Shown here in pieces: positions 13,701 to 27,510 of a stretch of DNA of 64,000 bases. The stretch is taken from contig CM059448.1 of assembly GCA_030390025.1 (NCBI GenBank), forward strand, positions 4,154,001-4,218,000. The letters are read 5' to 3'. The stretch comes from Squalus acanthias (Eukaryota). The notes under the pieces are model-generated. The model saw only the letters and a list, made by a program, of their open reading frames with translations, ran no database searches and had not been told where the DNA came from. How positions within the stretch are numbered: the stretch's first letter is position 1; each line of letters starts with the position of its first letter. The position numbers were made by a program, and so were the translations under genes.

Positions 13701-16590
13701 CAGACCAGCATAGAAGCCAATCTGGAACCACCCAATCCCAGGAAAATGCATAGTACTGTGAATATTTTTATTAATCCATTTGTTTACCATCAGACAGCAG
13801 ACATTTTGGGCGGGGGGGGGGGGTGGAGAGATGAGGGAAGAAATAAATAAAGGGGTTTAGGGTTAGAATCCAGGTTGAGTATTCATTTAACAAAGTTACA
13901 CATTTTTGAAACTTCACTACCAACTGGTGCTCAGTTCCATACGTCCTATCTAAATAGGGTGTTCTTGCTTGAATTTCATGCTGTACATGGCCACACAAGG
14001 GGAAAGATTCTGGATACTTTTTAAGTGTTGATGTTTTGATTAAACTTTACTTGCAGTTAGGACAGAGAAAAACAGAAGCCCTCCATGACAGGCAGAACTT
14101 GCTGGTGTGCCACTATATAGTTAGGAGCCTGTACAAAAACAGGAGAATGGTTGAGATAGGGGATGATTTAGCTTGCCTAGCTGAAATTTTGAGTCAGAGC
14201 TCTGGAAAAACCGTAGAAGAATCCAACGTGGAAAGAAGCTTTAGCCAAATTAAACTTTGAAATTGCAGTCTACCAACAAGCTGGTCCAAACAGGTTGAAT
14301 AAAAAAGGTCCAAAAGTATGAGGAAAAAGAAACGCATTTTAATCACTAATTTTTAGTGCTATTCGTACAGTGTTTGATAGAAGCATTTAACAGTCGGAAA
14401 TGCACACTCAACTCAGACAGGGGACACTCATTTCTGTTCAACAAATCATCAATTTCTACTATATAAATTTGGCCCATAAAAAGCACTAATTTTTAAAATC
14501 AGAATAATTAAATTGGAATAAGTTATATACACTTGCTCCCACACTTGTTACTATCAAAATTCTTCAGGATAGCTCAAAGACCCTTCTGTTGCATTCAGGC
14601 TTTCTTCACCTCCCCACCGCAACCTATTACTGTCTTGTGTTCCCAACAATAGGGAACTCGGCGTTAGAATTTATCTTGTGGTGAAAAACCTTCAGCCTTG
14701 TGTCATGTGTGAGATAGTACAACTAAGATCAACAATTATCCAACTGCAGCTAACACAGGAAGGCAGAAAATATCAGACTATCAAACCAGTGTGAACAGGC
14801 TAAAATCAGTCACGATTTATTTACAGGTTAAATATATATAAAAGCATTAAGGCACAGCAAGATACTTAGAATGCAATACTTATGAACAACAGCACGAGTT
14901 CACAAACTGTTAATACCCTTTTTAGAACACTAGTAGATATTCTGTGGAGATATCAGGGCCACCAAATAAGTCAAATTTCAGCTTTATTAAATGGTGTTCT
15001 GGGACTTACAATTATCAATTATGCTGTGAAAACCATAAATATACATGCATCACTTGCCAATTCATTTCTGTAGAAAATTCAGTTACAAACATTACTAGTC
15101 TGAACCATTTGAGGCTTTAGGGATTTTTAATATTAAAATATGGCAACTGTAAAGAAAATTGAGCATTAAGGTAATTTGCTGGTTTATGGAAATTTCTCTT
15201 ATTTGAAGACAGCATAAATCAGTAAACTCACTATTATTGAGCCAAGGGGTAAATTTTCCAGTCTTATGCTCTTGGCACATGTCAGGGAAATTAATTTCCA
15301 CAGCCTGTCATTTTGGGTCCATTCATTTCAAAGGATGGAAAATCATGGGCTGTAGGTGCTCAATTCCCCGATACACACTCTTGACATTTACAGAAGCAGG
15401 AAATTTACCCATAAATGCTTTAAGGCAGCAATGTAAAGACAGAAACCGCTGGCAATGGGAAAGACAGAGATTTGGGGGGGGAGGGGGGGGGGGGGGGAAA
15501 AGGAGAAACACAACGTCATTTGTGCAGGCAGGTAAGGGGAGGAGGCTGATGAGGATCCGAAAAAGGAGCCAAGAGCAATTTGGGTTCATTTTCCTGGGTT
15601 CCCTACCCTACAAGGCTGCTAGAACCCACTCTTCTCCAACACTGCCAGATCACAGCAACAACCCAATACTGCAAGACACTCCCCGAGCCAATTCACTGAA
15701 TTCCTCTTCCCAGTCCTGATGAAGCCCAGAACCACTCCTCCTCCCCACTTTTCCTGGTCCTAGGACCCCTCTCAATGCTCACCCAGAGATCACTCCCAGT
15801 GCTCGCTAATCCTCCCAGACCCCCACCCTCGCCCCCTAACCTCACTGCTCAATTATTCCAGAACTTGCCTCAGTGTTAACCAGTTAATTCTTCTGGTTAG
15901 AGTATTTAACAAATTCTGTCCTTTTTACATACCTGCAAAAATGTCAGTCAATATTCTATTTACTATTGTGCCACTAAGCATGAAGCATTTGGGCCAAAAC
16001 AAGAGAAATGCTATAGCAATGGCTGCATTTACACGGTACTGTACAAAGGAAATCGATTAAAACATCCTGCAGAGAGCTGACATCTTCTTTAGTTAACCAA
16101 AACTTGATATTGCCACCTTTTTTGATCATTATGTACACAAATCTGCTTTCAAGCAGCAGTTTTGGTATACCACAAGGCCATTATAATGAAGAATTACTGC
16201 ATCTGCTGTATTCAGTACTTCAATTAACTGATGACTCCAGCAGCATCTGTACTGAAAAATTAAAGTTTTACATCAAGAAATTAAACTATTGGCTTGCTCT
16301 GTATGTTTCACCATGTCCTTGTTGGAAGATTTCTGTGTGCTCAGGTTAAGTCTCCTTTGTACGCAAATCTTACCCCCACCACCACTTGCACCAACTGCTG
16401 CCAAGAGGGTAGATAGGTAGGTGATCTGCTCCCAGACCTCTGCTAATGCCAGTCTAAAACCAGCCACTAGAAGGGGTTTATAAATGGCCGGGGCAGCTTT
16501 TTCGTTCCCAGATCTTCCATCCCTTCAAGCAGAGCCTGGGTTCCACTCACCACCGCCCCACAACTGAGCTACTCAAGTCAAGAATTCATT

Positions 16591-17045
16591 GTCAGCCAGT
16601 GGCTCAGTTGGTAGCCCCCGCACCCCAGAGTCAGAAGGCTGTGGGTTCAAGTCCCACTCCAGAGACCCGAGCACAAAAATCTAGGCTAAAACTCCAGTGC
16701 AGTGCTGAGGATGCCATCTTTTGGATAAAAGGTTAAACCGAGGTCCTGTCTGCTCTCCCAGATGGACGTAAAAGATCCCATGGCACTATAATTGAAGAAG
16801 AGCGGGGGAGTTATCCCCAGTGTCCTGGCCAATATTTATCCCTCAATCAACATCACAAATAGATTATCTGGTCATTATCACATTGCTGTTTGTGAGAGCT
16901 TGCTGTGCACAAATTGGCTGTCACATTTCCTACATTACAACAGTGACTACACTTCAAAAGTACTTTATTGGCTGTAAATCACTTTGAATGTCCTGAGGTC
17001 ATGAAAGGTGCTATAGAAATGCACATCTGTCTTTCTTTTCTTTTT
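16591..17045 (+). mobile_element. DeuSINE, near full length
   Basis: A box TGGCTCAGTTGG, B box GGGTTCAAGTCCC, Deu body and T-rich tail. Confidence 0.88.
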
Positions 17046-17753
17046 AGATGAAGGACCATGGCCTATCACACCATGCTGCAAGCCACCACGGAGGACATAA
17101 GGTCAAGCTTTCAAGAAAGCAAGTGTATAAATTATAAAAATATTACAAAGAAACGCACAGGAGTTTTCAAAAACAAAAGCAATGGTGGTTTTTTAGTGCA
17201 TTAATGGGACACAAAAAAAGTAAGCCTTGCTTCATTAACAATGGCTCTGAACTGAGGACTTGTTCGTACAGCACAAGTTCCATTTAAAAACGTTCCCCTG
17301 CCCCCTCACTTCTTATATCACCACCTTCGAGATTAAGGATTCCTCAAGGAAATCATTAAGTTGCAATTGTTAAGTGATTCATTTTATTTATTAAGTGAAC
17401 ACATAACAAGCAGCCCCAAGATGTCTAGTCACAAATGAACTTGCATACTGCAACCAAAATGAATTAATCAGGGTTAATCAATATAAGCAAAAGATTACAA
17501 CTACAGACCAAATATAAAAACTGGCACCCCAAAAAAAAACACCAACAGCACCCTGCTTAAAAAGCCATTTACATTCTTTTACTTCAACCTAACAATCTTA
17601 CTTTCAGGTGGTGAGCTCTGATGTCATTGTACTGTCTTAGAGGACACTATAACAATCCTAATTTAGACCTTTCACACTGTTGGAAGTCAATCTCTGAACG
17701 GAGATAAAATAATTAACATAACGACACTTCAGCTGTCTGCTAATTCACACACA

Positions 17754-17809
17754 ATTGAGAGGTCGCACAACACCAGGTTATAGTCCAACAGTTTTATTTG
17801 AAATCACAC
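17754..17809 (-). mobile_element. Short Penelope-end insertion with 12-bp TSD
   Basis: Reverse complement of 28022-28072; flanked by the direct repeat AATTCACACACA (17742-17753 and 17810-17821). Confidence 0.65.
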
Positions 17810-18221
17810 AATTCACACACACACATTCAAAGAGATGCTCTCTAGATTCTACAAAATGCATCAAATGATGTAGTACTTTGTAGTACAGACTTTGAAGATC
17901 CCAGGTTTAATGCTTGCCCTGTATGGAGTAGATCTTAACCAGGACAGTGGTGGAGGCTTTATAGTCAGCATGCATTTCAAGCACAGACAGTTGGGGGAAG
18001 AGTTCCTGGATCAGATCTCTAACCTACCAGGAATTGCTTATAAAACGATTAACACATTAAAAAGTTTTTAAAACACTCAGTTAAGGAGGTAGAAATAAGA
18101 ACTTGGCAAGATCCATGCTGCCTGCAGGTGGTAACGCATAGAGTTGTAACAGGAATCAATCTATACCTTGTAACAGCTTAACCTACTAGTAGGGAACTGG
18201 AGGGAAAAGGACTGCAAAATC

Positions 18222-18440
18222 TAAACACAAAAGCAGAAAAATACAATGGTCATTCAGCATCTGTAAAGAGAAATAAAAAACTGACATTTTGGGCGTCTAC
18301 CCGTCATCAGAACCCCTGATGAAAGGTACACACCCAAAACACCATAAACTGTCTGCTTATAGGTGCTAACTGACTGGCTATAAATCTCCAGCATCTTCCA
18401 ACCCCTCCAAACCAAACCCAGTATTTTCTCTTTTCAGTAG
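18222..18440. mobile_element. Degenerate inverted Penelope-end element with two back-to-back hammerhead-like cores
   Basis: TCATCAG (18304-18310) and CTGATGA (18316-18322) lie head to head; the arms resemble the Penelope 3' ends at 46040-46150 and 49500-49645. Confidence 0.5.
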
Positions 18441-19514
18441 AGAACCTACTTTTAGATTCAAAATTGCAAACAATTGGATACCCAAATCCTATTCCATAAA
18501 TGCCAGCTACCATCAGGGAAAGAAGCAACAGATTTTACTTGAAGTATGGTCATTAGGGAATGTTGCTGAAGTCCAGTATGGAGATAAGGACAATGACCAA
18601 CAAGGCCCCCCAGTAAAGAAATGCTAACATCTCTAGTACTCTTTCTGCACACCATTATTCCAGTAAATCAGATGTTCAGAATACGAAACAATTAACCAAG
18701 CCTATTTGAATTTGTACAACAGGTAGTTTGATTGATTCCATTAGATAAGGAAGTTAACACATCTCAGTAATGCACAATCTCACTGAAAAATATGGAGTGA
18801 ACCTTAGCATTCCAAGGTCTGTGACTTCATGCCCTTTTCTTGTGTTTTGTTCAGCTATAGTCTACTGCAATAAAATGTCAAGCTGATCAGTGTTTTTCTC
18901 CCCCAAATCAGTCTTTTTGCTAAGCTGGTTACTTTGCTTTGTGAGCTAATGATGATTACATGTGTGTTTATATAAAGTATCAATAAGCAAATCAATAAGT
19001 TAACTAATAAGGAAATTAGCTATAATCTCAGTGAACCTTAGCATTCTGACTCAGTGTCAGAGGGTGCAGGATTCAAACCCTACTCCAGATAGTCCCGGCA
19101 AGCAGAGACCAGTGCTCCGGCTCTGAATTCTGGGTCGACATCCGGTAGATGTGGGTGCCCCCCCCCCACACCCATACAAGTTATGAGGGCAAAGAAAACC
19201 CCCTCGTCATATATGACTAACCACCCTAGATGACTAACCACCCTATGGCTGATATAAAAGCTTACAGCCATCAGTCGCAGCCTGCCAGACTGTTAATCAG
19301 TCTACGAATCCTTCCTCTACTTCACACTCTTCCCTTAGAAGATACAAAATATTTCTTGCTCACAGACCACTGCTATGGAGTTAAAGCTGCAAGACAGCCA
19401 TTTCCTTCCAAACACTGAACACAAAAACTAGAAACATATTAACCTCATCTTTGCATGGAGTAATGGAACTAGTTTTGTTCTAATAGGTAATGTGGCTCAC
19501 TAGTGAAAATAGTT

Positions 19515-19945
19515 ACATAGATACATAGAAGATAGGAGCAGGAGTAGGCCATCCGGCCCTTCGAGCCTGCTCCGTTATACAACAACTTGCATTTAAACAG
19601 CACCTTTAGCATAGAAATACATCCCAAGGTGTTTGAGGTGTAACATATAAAAAACCAAAAGGCAGCAATATTAGGCAGGATAACCAAAAGCAGTGGATTT
19701 TAAGAAGGGCCTTAAAAAGGCAGAGAAGCAGAGGGGTTATGGGATGGAATTCCAGAGCATGACACCTAATTGACTTAAGTCACAGCCACCAATGATGGGG
19801 GAGGGAGCCAGAGGAATGCAGAGTTCAAATGCGATTGGGGGGGGGGGGGGGGGGTTAGAAATTGATAGGGGCAAGGCTATGAAAGGATTTAAACAGGAGT
19901 ACAAGAATTCTAAAGATTGAGGGACCGGGAGTCAAGGCAGGTGCT
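19515..19945 (-). mobile_element. CR1 tail (19515-19575) abutting an old L2 3' fragment
   Basis: ATAGGAGCAGGAGTAGGCCATCCGGCCCTTCGAGCCTGCTCC followed by ACAACAACTTGCATTT... (L2 tail) and GGAATTCCAGAGC. Confidence 0.6.
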
Positions 19946-20410
19946 TTAAGTCTACTTGCCAAATTATCTGGTTACTTTCAAGCAAGTCCTTTAGGAAAGG
20001 GGAAATAAGCTTCACTATTTTGAGAGACAGAGAAAAAAAATTCTGCATGTTTATCCTGTTACAGTCCCCACCACTTAAACCATCCCCGTGTATCCTGGGC
20101 AGCCACCTTTATTGGGCAAATGACACTGACAATTTGCCATAGGCGTCAATAGTTTGAAAACAAAAAAAAAAGACAGCAAGTAGCTTTCGTTTCTGCCCCA
20201 GCCCCACCTTGCCCACCCGCCCCTCACCAATCCTTTGCTGGGATACAGCGCCAATTACTCTGTGGAACTCACCCAAGTGGCCATTATTTTATAGATGAGC
20301 CTTCACGGAGAGTCTTGCCAGATTATTTGATCAGGGTGTTGATAGATCACAATATACTTTTTTTTTTTAAATTTAAAAAGGCTAAACTTTAGATCCATTC
20401 TTTTTCTCAC

Positions 20411-20645
20411 CTTTGAGTTCATGGTGAATGAGGTCAGCAAAATTTGGCACTTCGCCCCACCAGAAAATCCAAAGCTCTCGGTGGCCCGGTGTCATATCCC
20501 TTCGCCACACACAAAGTACATTAGCCTTCAAGCAGCGGCTAAAGCTGCAGAGGATGGCATCGTCTTCAGCCACCGGGATGACGAGCGGTGTCCCTACAGG
20601 ACCTTGCCACGAATAACGTCGCCATTTAATTCCAGGCAGATCAGC
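20411..20645 (-). CDS. MED13L: Mediator subunit 13-family coding exon 2
   Basis: Acceptor ttttccccctag|GCT, donor AAAG|gtgaga; 235 nt. Translates [78 protein letters not shown] (Med13 N-terminal domain), in frame with exons 1 and 3. Confidence 0.95.
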
Positions 20646-21144
20646 CTAGGGGGAAAACAGAAAAACAAAAAGGTTAATCTACTATTAAAGAATCAACTGC
20701 CCAGAGCCGTTTGGGTCGTAATAGGAAACAAATGGATAATCCAGTGTAAAGAGGTTTTCAAAATTTCGGCACATTTGATTAGCAGCCAGGAGGCCATGAG
20801 TTCAAGTCCCAGGACTGCCAGTCGCGCAAACCACTTAGCAATTCTCAGCCAGGTCACCATCTCCAGGGCAGAAAAACATCATTTGTAATTTTTGACTTAT
20901 ATCCATTAGACGACCACAGAATACATCAAGCACAGCCACAGGAACAATCAGTGATCCAGGACACCATACCTTACCCAACTGAAATGGGCTCCATGGGAAG
21001 AGAATACAAAAATGTTAGAGAGTACAACACTGGATCAAAGATTGCAAGATATCCAAACTGCAAATCCATGTATAAAAAGTTCAAGAACATCCAGGTACTC
21101 AACTATTGTTATTCAATTTCTTCCATCACAGTGGATTTTATTTT

Positions 21145-21604
21145 GTGTCAGCCAGTGGCTCAGTTGGTAGCACCCTCGCCTGAGTCAGAAGGTCGTGGGT
21201 TCAAGTCCCACTCCAGAGACTTGAGCACAAAAATCTAGGCCGACACTCCAGTGCAGTACTGAGGGAGTGCTGCAATGTCGGAGGTGCCATCTTTTGGATG
21301 AGATGTTAAACCGAGGCCCCGGCTGCTCTCTCAGGTGGACGTAAAAGATCCCACGGCACTGTTTCAAAGAAGAGCAGGGGCGGTGTCCTAGCCAATATTT
21401 ATTCCTCAACCAACATCACAAACAGATTATCTGGTCATTATCACACTGCTGTTTGTGGGAGCTTGCGGTGCACAAATTGGCTGCCACATTTCCTACATTA
21501 CAACAGTAGCTACACTTCAAAGGTATTTCATTGGCTGTAAAGCGCTTTGGGACGTCCGGTGGTCATGAAAGGCGCTATATAAATGCAAGTCTGTCTTTCT
21601 TTTC
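21145..21604 (+). mobile_element. DeuSINE, full length
   Basis: A and B boxes, Deu body, tail GCGCTATATAAATGCAAGTCTGTCTTTC. Confidence 0.9.
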
Positions 21605-23555
21605 TGAAAAAGGTGCATCTCCACAATGTTGCATTATGACCTTAATGAATGGAGGGGAGGAGGAGGGAAAGTGAAAAGAGATGGGGGAAAAAGTTGTTCA
21701 AGTAATTCAATTAATAACAGCTTCACAATGCACACAGAAAGCACTGTACTGACTTCAGTGCATAGACTCGGTCATAAGAAGGTACATTCAAAAGTACAAT
21801 TTGCTCCTTGCAACATTAACTAGAAGTTGTACTGTTTACAGGCTTCAGAATTAGTACTGGTTGACTCAACTGGGACCAGTTGATTCAACAGTGGATCAGT
21901 GAACACATTCCAACACCAACACATGCTTACTACATTGTACATGCTCCCACGTGCAAGAAGCTCCTTGTACTTTATAATATAAAACTGCTTAAAAATGGAT
22001 TCAGTATGTCTTTATGTGCAGGCATTTAAAAGCTTTTACTGGCAACTGGTCAGTTATTCTTCCTACTGTGGCCTTAATTTTGAGCCCTGCAACAGCAAAT
22101 GGTTGCATACATGACAATGCTTTGGTCATAAAATTAAAAACCCAATTATGGCCCATATTTACAAGACATTAAAAAGTTTCATTTGAGATTGCATACACAG
22201 TTCGCTACCAATAATTTTAAAGTAAATTAATTTCTAGAGGTTCAGTTATATGCAAAAGCTGAATATTCAGTTTCAAAGCTCAATTACAGGCTACTTACTT
22301 GTTGTACCTCACTCTATTCAGTACCAACTACAAACCTCTCCTCCCAATTCACTATCAATGCTCTTTTTCCCCCTCCCCCCCCCCCCCCCCACAAAAAGCC
22401 TTCGATGCTTGGTTGACGCATGACAACAAAGCCTGAAAAGTACAGAACTTCTTTCCACCCCTAAATTTCATAGTATTGAAAAATTTTCCACAGTGAGTTT
22501 TTAAATAGTCAAAATATCCCTCAGGATTCCTAGAGAGCGGCCAGTACCTGTGGAATTGTATCCTCGTAAAGGAATCAATACCTTTGGGTGGGGGGAAAAA
22601 AGTTGAAGAAAAACAGTTGAAAGAAATTATCCCATGTTACAACTTCAAGAGGCTTACTCCTGCTAAACTTTAAAAAGAGAAAAATCCAGTAAGTACTCTG
22701 GACCAGCCTCCTTGCTGAAGTAATACTTTTACTACAGATATTTATGGCACAGCAGGTTTAATACTAACTTCTCTAACTGCTTTGGAATGCATTTGTACAG
22801 CCAGAAAAACTGCAGAGAACTCAATGTCTGTGTACAACTACACTGGTATGCTGGGATGATGTTCAACTACAGGGTGCTGCGCCAGACTATATTATGAATG
22901 ACTTTACACTCTGGTCGAAACCCAGCAGTATATAAATATAGACGGTTCGGTACATTTTCTTCTATGCAAGGGCTTCAGATAAAGTTTGAAAACAGGAAGT
23001 CACTGCTAAAATGTTATGTTGTTTTGCAAGTCAACACATTAAAGACTACAGTATCTTAGTCACAGTTTCCCGTTTGAAGGCTGCTTACTCATAAAGAACC
23101 CAGCTACTGTTTTGTTTTTTGTATTAGGAGCAGAAATCTACACAAATTTCTGAAGTAAACTGAATGTTTTCTCAACCACCACAGATTTGAAAAGAATACT
23201 GAAAACAAACCGTTTCAACGCCTGATAACTCCTAATAAAAAGATGATCCCAGAGGGTTCAGATAAAGATGCAGAATCTTTTTTTAAATAAATTGCCCCAC
23301 TAGAAAACCATTTAGTAGAGCTTGTTAACATCACACTCAGTTACAGGCAGTGTGGCAAATGCATGGTCACTTTCCCTTCTCACCCATCTACTAACCATAC
23401 TGATTAAACATGACTGTATTGACCCACAAGTACACATTCACTTATATCAAATTCTGCACTTACATTTTGAGTGGCCATGCAAAAATATCTGAGCTCTAGA
23501 CAAGTGTAGAATAGACGAGACAACCTTAAGCCAATTTTTTTTTTTTTTTTTTTTT

Positions 23556-23948
23556 AAACTTGTATTTATATAGCAGCTTTCACGACATCCCAAAGCACTT
23601 CACAGCCAAAAGTATTTTTGAAGTGTAGTCACTGTGGTAAGATGGGGAACACGTTTAATTTGCACACAAGGTCCCCAAACAGCAATGCGATAAAAGACCA
23701 GATAATCTGTTTTAGCGATGTTGGTTGCGGGATAAATGCACTATGTACGAGAGATAAATGTATTACATAAAAAAACTGAACAACTGTTCAAACTCCCCTG
23801 CTCTACAAATAGTGCCATGGATCTTTTACGTCCACTTGAGGATAGATGGGGCATCGGTTTACAGTCTCATCCAACAGTGCAACACTCCCTCAGAACTGTA
23901 CTGAAGTATGAGCCAAGATTATGCGCTCAAGTCTCTGGAGTGGAGGTC

Positions 23949-23982
<34 letters not shown>

Positions 23983-24011
23983 AGTGCTACTGACTGAGCC
24001 AAGGCTGACAT
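23556..24011 (-). mobile_element. DeuSINE, diverged
   Basis: Reverse complement of the same family (TTGAAGTGTAGTCACTG...CCAGATAATCTGT...TCTGACTCAGAGGC...ACTGAGCC). Confidence 0.8.
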
Positions 24012-27000
24012 CTACATTAAAACTATGCCCATTGTTCAAGCATAGAACTTGTTAGGACTATTAAAATTTAAAAAAGTAGATTTTAGTACCCTCAATCCTA
24101 TTGGATGGGGACACAGCCATCAACACATCGTAAAAACAGACACTCGGAGCAAGTTCAATTATCACCAGCTAATAAAGCACACACCCTCAAATTCCAAAAA
24201 AAAATTCATGGAAATATATTCTCAAGTTTCTTTTTTAAAAAAGCACTTGGTTTTTAAACTTTGTTTGCAAACAGGGCTTCTCCGTTCATTTCACATACTA
24301 GCGCACGCAATGAATGTCCTTGCATGACTTCGGGTGGCAATCCCCTTGAGCACATCTGCAACACAATACAGATCTCAACATCCATCATCTCATAGGCGAA
24401 TCAGACTAATTTTGCGTGTGTAGGATTATTTCACACCCAAACCCAGCTCAGACTACAAACATCAAACCTCACATTGTAAAGCAAATTCACAGAAAGTGTT
24501 CTCATCTCCCACTTCCCACCCCCACCAGCTGCCACCCCAGCATATCTGCTCTCAATCAATGTTACATGAAAAGCAGTAGTTCACAGAGAAGCCCTGCTCA
24601 AAAGACCACCTTAGACCCAAATTTTATCTAGGTATTGGAGACCTCCAACAAATTGAAGTACAAGGCATTAGTCAGCTCTCAGTCCCCTTACTTCAACTGA
24701 AAATATACTAACATTTATAATAACTATGGCACACAGACAATATAGACAAAACATTTGGACCACACACAAATCATTTGAAAACAGTGAAGAGAATTCCACT
24801 ACAAAACTAAAATGATGGAAATCACCATAAAAAAAACTACAGAACCAATTAATGCAGTTTAGCCTGAAAACTAGCAGGCAAGTAAGAGTTTGCCACAAAC
24901 TTGGATTTCCTCCCAGAAGCTTACTCACATGGGTTGTGCGTCATGTGGTTCTAACATGTAAAGGCTTCCATGATGTTCTAACTACGTAAAAGCAATTTAA
25001 ATTGAAACGGAAACAGTACCTTCAAGAAATTCTGTCTGCATCAATAGTTCTGGAAATCATTCATCTAGATACAGAAAAAAAGCTGACAAACCCATCTGCA
25101 GTGAGTTTTATCTTCACGTGTTGCATTTATACAGTACCTGCTTGTCTGTACAAACTTATTCGCACTTCATGGATATGTGACTTCAAACACTCTCCCATCA
25201 CCGTGATCTGGCTACAGTAAGTCTCAAGAACAAGCCACCTGCCTCATGCACAATCTATTCTCCAACAGACACCGCATTAACTCAATCACTGTGGCCCGTC
25301 TCAACATCCCATCAACAGCTGCTGCTCTCACTGTTCTGAAATAATCATTTCACACAAACTTAACATTTGGATAACATAGCAAGTGGCCCCATAACGCTCT
25401 GTGCCACTGAGTGGTGGGGCTGTTCAATGCCTGCAATTCCTCACGGCGCAGGTTCCTGATCTCAGCCCCTTATTAAAATCAGCACCCTACTGGGAGGCAA
25501 AAGAAACAAAAATACAAGAATTGTACCATGCCACACTCATTTCCTAACATCCACCTTATTAAACCGACAATTCTCAAAAGGCATCGATGTGGGTCACCTA
25601 TCTGCTTCTTTGGCCAGTGAATGACATGGTAAAATAGGGAAAAATATATATTTTTTTTTTAAATGGGCGGAGGGGATAAGGGAGGGAGAGAAACTTCTAA
25701 ACTAATACAAACCCCTGTGAAATGCTATAATATTAAAATTTCTGGTTTAAGAATATGAAGTTATTCAATTTAGATTTGTAATATATTGAATTATTAATCT
25801 TGCTGTATTAATTTATACTGGAAGTTAGCAAATACAGTAATGGTTCGACAGGATATTACATTGTTCTAATCACAAAGAATGGCCAAAACCTGTATAGTTT
25901 TTTTTAATAACTGCAATACCTAAAGTTTTTAGGCCAGTTATTTTAATACAAAACTTTTTCAAGCTATTACAGAAATAATGAAACAGACAACAGGGAAACA
26001 TAGTAACAAGTCCTTTCAGGAATATACAAAACACTAAAAAAAAAGTTTTTGTTTAGATAAGTAACATTTGAATCCAAATAATAATTAGCTAATCCAAATT
26101 GAAGCTTCAAACTACAGGTTAACAAACAGCTCATGTCCAAACCTTCACCCCTTTTTAAAAACCCACCTATTTGACAATACTTTTGGCCACCCTGCCTAAT
26201 GTCTCCTCCTTTGGTTCAGCTGATCACACCTCTCTGCAACACTTAGGGATGTTTTCAAAGTTAAACGTGCTGTATAAATGCAAGTGGTTTGTGTATAAAA
26301 GGACAATACACAAACTTGTAAATTTTACCCTCCCAAATAAACTCGTCTTTTGCTGTATTTGTTCATTTAAAAAAAAATTTGCATGAAGAGGGAAAGGAAG
26401 TATTTTCCTTCCCCCCCCCCAACCACCACCATTAGGTCAAAACAGGAGTTCCAAAACTTTCAAGTGGTAAGGAAAGTAATTACTTTAATCGATAACTAGC
26501 ACCCTCTTCACAGACATGAACAGCTGATACTTTAGGTCATGCGAGTACTGCAAGCATTCCAGTGGAACTGGGGACAAAGACAAGTGAAAGATACGAATAG
26601 GTGTTATGGCTGCCTTTGGGGAAATAACTTGCATCGCCACTGAAACAGCAGCACTTCACTCTGGCATGAAGAATCCCATCCCATTCAAATAGTGTTACTC
26701 AGCCAGTCCCGCAGGGAAGCACAGGGCACAGATTAAACCAACTAGTGGAGCAAGAGAGACTAAGTTTTATTTTGTGGAAGACCAAGATTTATTTGGATGG
26801 GGAAGGAGAGGAAAAGAGAATATGCAAGAGACATGAAATGCTCAGAAAATACAACCCCTGTCCCAGTAATGTTCTCCTTTACTGGTGCCAAATTCATGCC
26901 ATTTATCCCAAATTCCAACATGTAATCTCTGCACTCTACAACTGTTAGCAGAGATTGCCCCATCATTACTTTTTCTTTTTTTTTTTAAATCTCAAACGCA

Positions 27001-27510
27001 TAGCATTATAGCCACATTAAAAGAAAGGAAATCATGTTAATTCTTGAGATTATGCACCATCCATTGCTGTGCTTGTAGAGATATTTGTATCTTGATTCAG
27101 AGAACCAGTTAACCTCTAAAGCCAGCCAAAATACCTTGCATCCCTCAAACTAACTTTGCTGCTGCAAGAATGCCATTAGAAGCACTCATTAAGAAGTTCC
27201 TTACTATTATTAAAATATACACACTGTCTGCTGCACACTGCATCCTCCTTGCACTCAAATTTGCAGCCAGCTCACCTCAAAACTATTCCTCTGCACATTG
27301 ATGTCACAGGACTATGGATCACCATGGGACTCAGCTACATTAAAATGATCTGAATAGCTCTCATGATGGCTCAATGTGCAAATCTACTTATGACATGGTG
27401 CATCATAAGTTGCCCTTACATTACAGGAGTACAAGACAGGATACATCTGCCTCTGTTGGATGCACTCCATAGTGTAAACACCACAGGTTAAAGAAATGCC
27501 AAATTTAGGA

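Noticed and set aside
20421-20888. 155-aa plus-strand ORF
   Set aside because: It is the antisense shadow of exon 2.
21145-21225. tRNA gene-like A/B boxes (also 16591, 27511, 56500, 60460)
   Set aside because: They continue directly into SINE bodies and lack a proper acceptor stem and terminator; they are SINE heads.
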